DNA of 64,000 bases from positions 10,974,001 through 11,038,000 of the forward strand of contig NC_043023.1 in the NCBI RefSeq assembly GCF_006345805.1, given 5' to 3'. The DNA comes from Octopus sinensis (Eukaryota). Made by a program: the position numbers and the translations under genes. Within the stretch, counting starts at the first letter, position 1; each line of letters begins with the position of its first letter. The notes below the pieces were generated by a model. It did no database searches. It saw only the letters and a program-made list of their open reading frames with translations, and was not told where the DNA came from. Shown here in pieces: positions 51,955 through 62,489 of this stretch.

Positions 51955-52403
51955 CATCATCATCATCATCATCATCAGTTAACGTCCGCTTTCCATGCTA
52001 GCATGGGTTGGACGGTTCAACTGGGGTCTGGGGAGCCCGAAGGCTGCACCAGGCCAGTCAGATCTGGCAGTGTTTCTACAGCTGGATGCCCTTCCTAACG
52101 CCAACCACTCCATGAGTGTAGTGGGTGATTTTATGTGCCACCGACACAGGTGCCAGACGAGGCTGGCGAACGGCCACGCTCGGATGGTGTTTTTATGTGC
52201 CACCGACACAGGTGCCAGACAAGGCTAGCAGACGACCACGCTCGGATGGTGTTTTTATGTGCCACCGACACAGGTGCCAGACGAAGCTGGCGAACGGCCA
52301 TGCTCGGATGGTGTTTTTATGTGCCACCGACACAGGTGCCAGACAAGGCTAGCAGACGACCACGCTCGGATGGTGTTTTATGTGCCACCGACACAGGTGC
52401 CAG
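51955..52403 (-). mobile_element. RTE LINE 3' end with about 4.5 UTR repeat units
   Basis: (CAT)n tail and reverse-complement UTR units. Confidence 0.85.
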
Positions 52404-52637
52404 ATTATATTAAACCTCATCTTTTGATAAGATTTACAATTCAATAAATGTTGCATGGGATAACTGTGCGGACTATACTGAAATGGCAAGAGGTTGACAG
52501 CATTTTTTAGGTTAATAACTGTTTCATCTACAGCTTTATTGATGGCTCTTAATCAAGGTAAAATATGATGGAAAATAAGCCATCCATGACTGTCACATCA
52601 GTCCCACTACATATAATCATTAGTAATACTTATAGTC

Positions 52638-52988
52638 TTACTCTTTTACTTGTTTCAGTCATTTGACTGCGGCCATGCTGGAGCACTGCCTTTAGTCGAG
52701 CAAATCGACCCCTGGACTTATTCTTTGTAAGCCTAGTACTTATTCTATTGGTCTCTTTTGCCGAACTGCTAAGTTTACTCTTTTACTTGTTTCAGTCATT
52801 TGACTGAGGCCATGCTGGAGCACCGCCTTTAGTCGAGCAAATCGACCCGAGGACTTATTCTTTGTAAGCCCAGGACTTATTCCATTGGTCTCTTTCGCCG
52901 AACTGCTAAGTTACAGGGACGTAAACACACCAGCATCGGTTGTCAAGTGATGTTGGGGGGACAAATACAGACACAAACATATACACAC

Positions 52989-53067
<79 letters not shown>

Positions 53068-53232
53068 TACGACAGGCTTCTTTCAGTTTCCGTCTACCAA
53101 ATCCACTCACAAGGCTTTGGTCGGCCCGAGGCTATAGCAGGAGACACTTGCCCAAAATGCCATGCAGTGGGACTGAACCCAGAACCATGTTGTTGGTTAG
53201 CAAGCTACTTTCCACACATCTACTCCTGTGCC
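52638..53232 (-). mobile_element. SINE family A with duplicated ~137-bp 3' end
   Basis: About 52638-52775 is repeated at about 52776-52915. Confidence 0.8.
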
Positions 53233-53277
53233 TACAAAACTTTTCACCATCACTTATCAGATAATAATGTATTTATA

Positions 53278-53640
53278 TTGGGTTGTCCGGAAAGTTTGTG
53301 CCTATTTTTAAAGGAAAGAAAATGGTCAATAACTACTTGCCATTACATTTTTAATCAACCAAATATGAACCATTTTGTTGCACAATGCATCTCCATCTTT
53401 CCTTTAACTTGAAAATACCCTCTTCCCAGAATTGAGGGGCTTTCGTAGCAAAGAATTCATCAAGGCATCTTTTTATATGTCATCCAAAGAATTGAAATTT
53501 TTACCATTAAGCTTATTCTGCTGAGACCTGAATAAGTGGAAATCCGAAGGAGCAATATCTGGTGAATATGGAGGGTGGGGTAACACATCCCAGCCAAGCT
53601 GCAGCAATTTTTGTCTGATTCCCAAATCATCAAGTACTGA
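53278..53640 (-). mobile_element. mariner transposase relic (C-terminus plus TIR)
   Basis: Minus strand reads KLLQLGWDVLPHPPYSPDIAPSDFHLFRS...FWEEGIFKLKERWRCIVQQNGSYLVD*, with a stop and a frameshift; TA|TTGGGTTGTCCGGAAAG end. Confidence 0.88.
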
Positions 53641-54544
53641 AAATGAACTTTCTTATCTTCCATTTTAAAGGGTTACAGAATTAACACAAGTTATAGGAAC
53701 ATAAACCTTTTCCCACGAAAAGATAGCTTAAACTGTGCTCTAAATGGAGGTGTAGTCAAATCCTATTTTATGGATTCAACCATGTTCTAAAATAAATCAA
53801 AAGGTAAGCTACTATAAATTGGCATGAGCTTTCCAGACAACCCAATATCTTCAAGTCTTATTTCTAGTGATTATTATATGGAAAACAATTTGTCTAATGT
53901 AAAGTATACTAGCCATCTCAGTATGGCTAACCACTGAGGGTGGGTGTTACTGTAGCTTTTAGCCCCAGGAGATCATCGTCTCCAGCTGGCTTTAGGCACA
54001 CTTTCTGTGCCCTAATGATATTTGCAAAGGGAGGTCATCCCTCTCTCGTCAACCTAAGTGATACGCATGGACTGCAGTTTCTAGGTATTTGCCTCTTGTC
54101 AACGTACGGTAATCACCAGTTTTCGATGAAAGGGGGACCTGTTTGCAAATATTTAATGTTTTACCGAGTAACCTCTGTCACTGATTTCGAAAAACTGTCT
54201 GCAAGCAATAATAAATCTCTGAACGAGATGTAAACAGTAACCGCTCAACAACGTAAAGTATACTAGCCATCTCAATATGGCTAACCACTAAGGGTGGGTG
54301 TTACTGTAGCTTTATATTTGTCTAATATATTTAATGAAATGTGTGTTTTCAGTGAAATTGTTTGAAAAATGAAGTAAATATTTTATCAAAAACTTTTCAT
54401 GAAACTAATAAATTTTTCTTTTTTAATTTCAGCTTTGGCTTAAAGGGTAGTGAATTGTGAAGACAAATTTTATTCTGAATCAATGAACAAAATTTAGAGA
54501 ATAAATAAATATTTGATAGAGAGAGATAATTCTATATTCGTAAA

Positions 54545-57500
54545 ATGGAGAAGATTAATGAAGAAAACAAAATGTTGGCTCTCACTCTTGTTGCAGACAG
54601 TGATGCAACACTAATTCATAAGGAAACTATACCAATTCTTCCCCGAATATTACATACACAAAACACAAAGAAAACTGAAGGACGGAAAACACAATACACA
54701 ATGACAATTGAAAAACAGGAAATGTCCATATTACCAAATTTTCTTCATATTGTGACATGTTACCTAACAATTATCAAAACAGACCACATCAATACGTTTA
54801 TAGATTTTGTAAAGGATAAATGTAATAACATAGAGTCTATGGGTTTAGACGGATCCTTTATCTTATGTAATATCAAGCATAAAATGCAAAAGTTTCTGGA
54901 ATTTACCAAACAGTATAATGATTTTGTCCACCAAAATCTCGAATGGTTTCAACAAAGACTCTTTGACATTTATGTCACATGTAACCCATACAGCCACAAG
55001 TTTGTTGGGGCACCAAAAATAACAACAAAATTTCGACCACTTTGTCAGATCGTGACACGAGAAGCAAAGATCAATGAATCTCGTAAAGACTCAGGCAACA
55101 ACACAATATCTAATATTGTTATCATACAAACGGGAATAGTAACGTATTCCCATCACTGTATGACAATATCTTGTATCACAAAAGATGGTGACAGAAATGA
55201 TGTTCATTGCCCATCTCCTGTCACCGATTTTACCAGGATCGCTCAAGACACTGTATTGGCCACCCTCCCCTTTAAACAAATGATTCTTATTATCAATTCC
55301 GTAAGCTTTATAATCAAAACACTTCCATTGGGTTTCTATAAAGTTTCTTACGTAGAACTTTCTACATTTATAGGTGTAGAAATGTTCAGTAAAACCATCT
55401 ACCTTGTGGACTGGGTTGATAATAAAATTGTAAGTCAATTCCTAGCCAAAGAGGTACCTACGGATATTGCTGTAGGTGCAGGAAATAAATTACTGTTATC
55501 ATTTCCCAGTATTAGCAGAGTTACCTGTTACAATCTGGCTGGCCTGCAGTTGTTTGAGGTAGAGACACATTATCTGAACTTAGTAATGCAAGTCACGCTG
55601 TACCAAAACCATTTTTATGTCCTCCAAGGACATATCATTTATAGGATTTCAACCACAGGCGGTGTGACCATGAGAGACATTGGCATGAAATGCCGTTCTG
55701 TTTCTGTTTGTAGAGATGCCATTTTTGTAACAGATGATTTTGGTGTACCTCATATGGTTACAACAAATAAAGACTTTTGGCCCAGGCTGTCATATAACCA
55801 TCAGCGGTGTTCCCCCAGTTTGAGCAACCATTTTTATATAGAAGATTGCTACAACATTACAAATATTCTACCTATGGCAACATCTTCTACATTAATAATC
55901 TACAGGAATAAGAAAGCTTTAGTATTCACTGATACTGGAGAAATAATTAGCAAAAATAATTTAACTTTCCTTGAGTTTCCTTCTGTTTTATGTAGAATAA
56001 ACTCAAACAGATTCCTGGTCTTTTATCGTGAAATGAAAGGACTTCAGTATATCACCTATCCTGAACTAACCGAAGGCCCTTTAATAAAGGTCCACACTAA
56101 TTACATTACCATATGTCATATTGTATTAAATAAGTTTTTAGCTCTGACCACCAGTGGAAACAAACATGAGGTACATATCCTATTGATCAAAGAGGACAAA
56201 GTTAACGTGATAGAAAGAATTTCTCTTGGACATTTTAATGTCACCATTGCTGCAACTCCAGTTAATTTTGTTGTCGTAGATGGAAGGGAAAACAAACTGA
56301 TATTTTATTTGACATCTGGTGAAGAACTTTTTGAAAAATACCTTCCATTCTATGGTTCCTCTTATTTCATCTACTCTGATAATATTTATTTTTATGTCCT
56401 GTTCAAGAGACACTCTATTGTGATATGTTATGATATATATGGAGACATTAGATGGCAGTGGAAACTGCCTTTCCCTGTTCACCCTGACATTGCTGTTTTT
56501 CAGGGGACTATTTATGTGCTGGATACTGAACTCAACAGGGTTCTTCTTTACAAGAATCATGACCGGTCGTCTGGCTGTTTTTTACACTTGAAAAATCCTT
56601 ATATCAGAAATCTAAATATACGACTCAAAGAAAAAGGGAATGTCAAACTTCTCATTGCCGAAATATGTCATCTGTCCAATGGGCAGTTGGTGGTGTCTGA
56701 CATCAACCATGATTGCTTGTTATACATTTCTAATGAAGGAGACATTGTGTCTAGATTATCTCTGCCGTCTACAGCTACAGATATATGTCGATGGAACCCT
56801 AATCAAATAGGTGTCATCTTACCCCTAGAGAAACAATTAAGGATTATCGAAAACCTATCAGAGACAGTTAGAACTGTATCATTAAGCCAGCCTTATGTAC
56901 GGGTGTGCAAGCTGGGCAAAGATAAAATTGCTTGTTATTCTGATAAACCATCTCATTTAGATATTTTAGCCATTAAAAATTATAATCAAGTTGAAATAAT
57001 TCATAGGATTAATATCACTTTTGTAGTGAAATCGTTAGCAATAGAAAATGAAACTCAAAAACTATTAATTGTTACTAGAGGAAAGGCTTTTCAGTACAAC
57101 ACTAGTTTCGGTGATGGTTGTCATAGCAGTGGTGATCGTCTTTGTAGTATTAAGATGGTCCCCAGGGTTTTACTGTCCCAAGTGAAATGCCCTCCCAATT
57201 TCTATGCTGGGTCTATTGATAAAACTTTTGTCTATCTGATAGACAACAGCCGTATGTTTGCTATAAACGATTATAATTTGATGGTTAATGATCTCATTAC
57301 AAATAATCAACTTAATATTTATATCGACCTGGTAGATGTATTTTCCAGAAACATTTGTGTCAGTGAAATGTTATCTTCTACATTATATCTACAGGATCTG
57401 ACAGTTTCTGATAAGGCTAGACACATTCCTCTTTCTCAGAGTTTCGGAGACGAACAACCGATGAGGATTCATTGTCTGGTTATTACTGAAAATAACCTGA

Positions 57501-58858
57501 TTGCAGGATATGACTGGCAAAATAAAAACATTAAGATATTCACGTTTGATGGTCAAGTTCTGGATTCTGTCAAATGGAATGCTTTTGGCTTTCTCAAAAT
57601 GTGTCGATGGCAGTCAAACACATTGGTTATTACGGACGGTGATTGCATTGATAATAAATACCAACTGTTGACATTAAAAGTGGAATTTCCATTGTCGTTG
57701 GTAATTTATCAGACAGAAAATAGATATGACTGTATCACTTCTTTATCAAACAATCAACTGGTGTGTAGTAAATGGAGAGATTTATATAGTGTCTATGTTG
57801 TTGAAATCGATGAAATACATTCGACTTTGAATGAAATAAAACAAATAGCCATACCTGAAACATTATCACCAAGAAACGAACTTGGTAATAGAAATTTTAT
57901 CACTGATATACATGATATTACAGTTACTGCTGAAGATATCATCATTGTCTTAAACAAAAGATTCATCATTTTCTTCAACCGTGATGGTCAGTATCTACAT
58001 TCAGTTAGACACTACATAAAGTATGTCGGTCATAATGACATGATGACAGTTGATGACAGTTTATTGTACATTCAAGCAGCATGGGATAAATGTTCTAGTT
58101 ACTTTGGATATAGAAGCATTGTGTGTTTGACACAGGCTGGGGAATACAGCGGAATACTTTTAAATAAAAGAATTCATCGAGCTAAACTAAGTTACCCCAG
58201 TATAAACTGTAAGGGACCAAGGTTTGTTGGAAGCTACTACCCAAGGAATGAATTGTATGTTCAAGGTCTGTTTATTGTTAATCGAGAAAGCTTTTCTGTT
58301 GCTCGTTTACAAACAGACGAATGTCCTGTTGAAGTAAAAGATTTTGATATCTCTGATGAAGGGAAGATAGTTGTGTGTGAAAAAGCCAATAATGGAAATG
58401 TTAAAATATTTTATGAAAGCGGGGAGTTGCTATGTCACAGAAATATTGCAAGTTTAGTTGGTGGTGTGTGTTTTACAGAAGAAAGAGACATAATGACCAC
58501 AGTTTCTAAAACACAAGAAATATTTCAACTGAATCGAAAAGATTTGGAGAAATTTAAAGTTTGGCAAAGTCAAGTACCTTATGGTGTAATATGGAGAAAA
58601 GTGGGAAATATTTACTGGTGTGTACATATTGAATTAACTGAATGTCATTGCATAAAGATTGATGGGGACCAAGTGAACATTCTGGAATCTGTGTCGTTAT
58701 TAAATCTTGATTCTGGTCTTCATTTCTCTTCCATTACATCTCAGATGAACAAGGAAATATTCAGTAATGAATTAATTAATAAGTTGAATTACAGTGCAGG
58801 ATTTGTCAGAGGTGGAAGAAGTGGTAAAACAGGTAAAAAAATTGTAAAAGTAGATTAA
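54545..58858 (+). CDS. 1437-aa protein of tandem beta-propeller-like (NHL/TolB-like) modules
   Basis: 4.3-kb stop-free frame in AT-rich DNA with blade-like motifs (PTDIAVGAGNKLLLS; IAEICHLSNGQLVVSDINHDCLLYISNEGDIVSRLSLPSTATDICRW; VKDFDISDEGKIVVCE). Acceptor TTTTAATTTCAG at 54421-54432 precedes the ATG. Confidence 0.85.
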   Translation: MEKINEENKMLALTLVADSDATLIHKETIPILPRILHTQNTKKTEGRKTQYTMTIEKQEMSILPNFLHIVTCYLTIIKTDHINTFIDFVKDKCNNIESMGLDGSFILCNIKHKMQKFLEFTKQYNDFVHQNLEWFQQRLFDIYVTCNPYSHKFVGAPKITTKFRPLCQIVTREAKINESRKDSGNNTISNIVIIQTGIVTYSHHCMTISCITKDGDRNDVHCPSPVTDFTRIAQDTVLATLPFKQMILIINSVSFIIKTLPLGFYKVSYVELSTFIGVEMFSKTIYLVDWVDNKIVSQFLAKEVPTDIAVGAGNKLLLSFPSISRVTCYNLAGLQLFEVETHYLNLVMQVTLYQNHFYVLQGHIIYRISTTGGVTMRDIGMKCRSVSVCRDAIFVTDDFGVPHMVTTNKDFWPRLSYNHQRCSPSLSNHFYIEDCYNITNILPMATSSTLIIYRNKKALVFTDTGEIISKNNLTFLEFPSVLCRINSNRFLVFYREMKGLQYITYPELTEGPLIKVHTNYITICHIVLNKFLALTTSGNKHEVHILLIKEDKVNVIERISLGHFNVTIAATPVNFVVVDGRENKLIFYLTSGEELFEKYLPFYGSSYFIYSDNIYFYVLFKRHSIVICYDIYGDIRWQWKLPFPVHPDIAVFQGTIYVLDTELNRVLLYKNHDRSSGCFLHLKNPYIRNLNIRLKEKGNVKLLIAEICHLSNGQLVVSDINHDCLLYISNEGDIVSRLSLPSTATDICRWNPNQIGVILPLEKQLRIIENLSETVRTVSLSQPYVRVCKLGKDKIACYSDKPSHLDILAIKNYNQVEIIHRINITFVVKSLAIENETQKLLIVTRGKAFQYNTSFGDGCHSSGDRLCSIKMVPRVLLSQVKCPPNFYAGSIDKTFVYLIDNSRMFAINDYNLMVNDLITNNQLNIYIDLVDVFSRNICVSEMLSSTLYLQDLTVSDKARHIPLSQSFGDEQPMRIHCLVITENNLIAGYDWQNKNIKIFTFDGQVLDSVKWNAFGFLKMCRWQSNTLVITDGDCIDNKYQLLTLKVEFPLSLVIYQTENRYDCITSLSNNQLVCSKWRDLYSVYVVEIDEIHSTLNEIKQIAIPETLSPRNELGNRNFITDIHDITVTAEDIIIVLNKRFIIFFNRDGQYLHSVRHYIKYVGHNDMMTVDDSLLYIQAAWDKCSSYFGYRSIVCLTQAGEYSGILLNKRIHRAKLSYPSINCKGPRFVGSYYPRNELYVQGLFIVNRESFSVARLQTDECPVEVKDFDISDEGKIVVCEKANNGNVKIFYESGELLCHRNIASLVGGVCFTEERDIMTTVSKTQEIFQLNRKDLEKFKVWQSQVPYGVIWRKVGNIYWCVHIELTECHCIKIDGDQVNILESVSLLNLDSGLHFSSITSQMNKEIFSNELINKLNYSAGFVRGGRSGKTGKKIVKVD

Positions 58859-58860
58859 AG

Positions 58861-59940
58861 GTGAGATGTGGTAATTACATAGCGGAGAGTATGTTAGGAA
58901 TTGATGAAATATCAGTGAGGCAACTGCCATATAGAACAGCAATGGTCCCTCTTTCCATTCCTACATTCGATGAACCTGTTAATTATAATTTTATAGACAT
59001 TAAGGACCGGAACAGTAAGCTAATTAAGTTAGATAACGATGTCAGTGTGTTGATGTTTAGAGAAACTCTCACGTTAATCAGTGCAACAGGTGACATACTC
59101 CAACATAAACAACTGCCACAACAACAACCACATCTGGACATATGTCAGTGGAAAGATGAACAGTTCATAGTTGTCTTTGGTAAAGAAATGATGGTCTTCA
59201 ACAGAAATCTCTGTCGTTTAAAAACCATCAAAACAGAGAAATACTATAACACAATTTATAAATACAATGATAATCAAATTGTGTGTGGTGGTCATTATAT
59301 TGGAGATATAACTCAAAACGAGAGAAACAAGAATTACGAAAAAGAAATCTACAACAACAGATTTTATTACTTCTGCAAAGACCCCGATGCCTGCGACTCT
59401 TATTATGTGGATGTAGTTGATATCAATGATGGGGAAATCAAATATGAAGTGTGTCGTGGGAAGACGAAGGTGTTGGGAAAATTAGAGGGAGAGGCAGTCG
59501 TGTTTGATGTAGGAGTCACAACTTTTGGTGATGTTATTGTTGTGAGGAGGGAGACGAAAAAGATGGAGTTGGGAAGGTGGGCTGATTTATGTTTTGTTGA
59601 ATGGTACAGAGAAAAGTCGTTGGTCAGAAGGATAGCGCTAGAAGGAAAATATTACGTCGGAGATAATATTCACAGACCTCGTCTAATCGCAGTTGGTAAA
59701 AATGTTTATATAAGAGACAGAAAAAACAGTATTTATCAAATACCTGGACATATTGAACAAGAAACATCTGAAGATTCTGAAGATCTGACATTAAAAGATA
59801 TTAAAAAATATTCACTCCTTAAGCAGGGTGATAATGAGGTCTTCCACGTTCTTGGTTTTGATATTTCAGAAAATTCTTTCATGGTTTTTGGAATTATTCC
59901 AGGACGTCAATCTTTTGCTTTCTTTTTTTATGACAAATAA
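58861..59940 (+). CDS. 359-codon ORF, probable C-terminal continuation (sixth propeller-like module) of the 54545 ORF
   Basis: Starts 2 nt after the upstream stop, in the -1 frame, and is open from 58837. Contains LTLISATGDILQHKQLP...LDICQWKDEQFIVVF, similar to the upstream modules. AATAAA at 59936-59941. Confidence 0.75.
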   Translation: MRCGNYIAESMLGIDEISVRQLPYRTAMVPLSIPTFDEPVNYNFIDIKDRNSKLIKLDNDVSVLMFRETLTLISATGDILQHKQLPQQQPHLDICQWKDEQFIVVFGKEMMVFNRNLCRLKTIKTEKYYNTIYKYNDNQIVCGGHYIGDITQNERNKNYEKEIYNNRFYYFCKDPDACDSYYVDVVDINDGEIKYEVCRGKTKVLGKLEGEAVVFDVGVTTFGDVIVVRRETKKMELGRWADLCFVEWYREKSLVRRIALEGKYYVGDNIHRPRLIAVGKNVYIRDRKNSIYQIPGHIEQETSEDSEDLTLKDIKKYSLLKQGDNEVFHVLGFDISENSFMVFGIIPGRQSFAFFFYDK

Positions 59941-60179
59941 ATATTTTCATAAATATTAGACTTTGATGTTGTTAACATTATTATTTAATTGGATTAATCC
60001 AGGAATTGAACCTGCATCCCTTACGTTGCATTGTACACATTAACACTTATTCTTGTAACATACTTCAACATGCACACAATCTCTCTATATAAATTTGTAT
60101 ACAATATTTGGTACATGTATATATAAAGTAATGAAAATACCCCTTCGTATGTATGTATATATGTGTGTGTGTGTATACT

Positions 60180-60548
60180 CTCTTTACTCTTTTACTTGTT
60201 TCAGTCATTCGACTGTGGCCATGCTGGAGCACCACATTTAGTCGAGCAAATTGACCCCGGGACTTATTCGTTGTAAACCTAGAACTTATTCTATCGATCT
60301 CTTTTGCTGAACCGCTAAGTGACGGGGAGGTAACCAAACCGACATCGGTTATCAAGCAATGTTGGGGTGTGGGGGGCAAACACAGACACAATCATAAACA
60401 CACACATACATACATACATATATATGCAACGGGTTTCTTTCAGTTTCCGTCTACCAAATCCACTCACAAGGCATTGGTTGGCCCGAGGCTATAGTAGAAG
60501 ACACTTGCCCAAGTTGCCACGCAGTGGGACTGAACCCGGAACCATGTG
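60180..60548 (-). mobile_element. SINE family A
   Basis: Matches 12415-12820. Confidence 0.8.
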
Positions 60549-61039
60549 GTATCTTTTTTTCTTCAGAAATGTAAATAAACCCAATCTGTTTCTTAAACGA
60601 AGGACATATTCATACGGCACAGAATGTTTTCACCTCAATAGACGTCATTGATTGGTTGAAATTGCAGAAAAAGAACAACAAATATCTTACAAACTATAGA
60701 ATTTTCTCAAGAAAACCAAGAGAAAAAGATGTTTTATAAACACATTCTACCAGTATACGAAGTTTTAAAGTGTTTAGTTACGTGGAAATTATTTTTAAAA
60801 ACTGCCGGTCAAACCGAAAAGATCTGAATGTTTTCACCTCAATAGACGTCATTGATTGGTTGAAATTGCAGAAATTGAAGAAAAAACAACAACAAATAGC
60901 TTACAAACCATAGAATTTTCTCAATAAAGCCAAGAGAAAAAGGTGTTTTATAAACACATTCTACCAGTATACGAAGTTTAAAAGTGTTTAGTTACGTGGA
61001 AATTATTTTAAAAAACTGCCGGTCAAACCGAAAAGATCC
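60549..61039. mobile_element. Partial Merlin-like MITE with duplicated end
   Basis: Two copies of the terminal region ending CCGAAAAGATC. Confidence 0.75.
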
Positions 61040-62489
61040 TTCGTTTGCTTCTAGCAAATGAAAAGAAACTTGAAAAACTTGCACCGAATATATTTAATTA
61101 TGGATATTCGTTGAATGTGACTGTCAGGGTATCGGTAGAGTTAAATATCGCCTTTCGGTGAATTACGTTAGGGATTTTTAACTTACTACACCGGTCTATA
61201 TTCAGATGCCTGCTTGGTTTCCACTTAATTAATTCAGCTAATCTAATGATTTTTACGTATAATAATTGTTTATTGTTAAGGTAAACGTTAATGTTTGTGG
61301 ATAAAATATAGCGAGTTACTTATTTCGAAGTCAATGATCCACCCACTTCGTCGTTTTTAATAATTCCCGCAAACAAAATCGTTAATTGGCTTTTTTAATT
61401 GGATTTTTTTACACAAGACCAGGACAGAGGAAAAAGGATTTTCATCTCAGCAAATGAGTAAATAACTTCTCTGAACTTCCTTGATTTTTCAGTTGATCGT
61501 CAAATCAAAAAGAAAAAGAAAATATAATAGAACGCATGGACCTTTGTTTTAATCGTACTGTGCAGTTTCTTGATCTGTTAGTAACACACACACACACACA
61601 CTCACACATCACCTATTAGTTAGTCATCTACATGTGTACCTATGCACATTTTATTTTTCACCTTACACTGTCGTAATAATAATGTAGAAAATGTAATTCT
61701 GTTCGTCAACAAAAACATATGTGTGGAATTTGGAGAAAAAAAAATTACATTGCATAATTTCCGTATTTGTAAGCCGAAACTGATATTCTCGACAAAAAGG
61801 TAAACCGTATATTTACTCAAGACCAGGACAGAGAAGGACCCATTTTAATTACCAACGAATGAGGGAATAGGTTTCCTGATCCTGCTTGACTTTTCTGTTG
61901 ATTGTCAATTCAAAAAAACAAAACAAAAGAAATACAACAGAACACACGGACTTTTCTTTCATCCGCAGTGCACAGTATAAATTCATACATACACGCATAC
62001 TAAGGCACACATATATACATATCAGTTATTAGGCATCTACATGTGTTCATATACACATTTTCTTTCATCTTACACTGCCGTATTGATAATGCAGAAATTA
62101 TAAGTCTTTTCGCCTACAAGAATATATTTTTGTATGGAAATTGGAAAGGACTGAACAAAACTCTTGTGGTCAGTAAAAAATATATCATTCCCACACTTGT
62201 GAACCGAAATCTACGAGTCACGACTAAAAGTTGAACCATTTGAGATAATACTTGACATTTCTCAGATTTTTGTCTCAGATTCCTGAAGAATTGATATGGA
62301 AGACGTAATGATAATGTAGAAAATGTAACAAAAATATATGTGTGGAATTTGGAAAAAAAAAATATACATTGCATAATTTCCACACTTGTAAACCGAAACA
62401 GATAATATTCTCGACAAAAAGCTAAACCGTAAGAAATAATTCTTTAAAACATTTCTCAGATTTTTGTCTCAGATTCCTGAAGAATTGAT

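Noticed and set aside
54545-59940. Bacterial or viral operon (contamination or horizontal transfer)
   Set aside because: It has an upstream splice acceptor and a polyadenylation signal, is embedded in host repeats, and the modules are continuous across the break, all favouring one eukaryotic gene.
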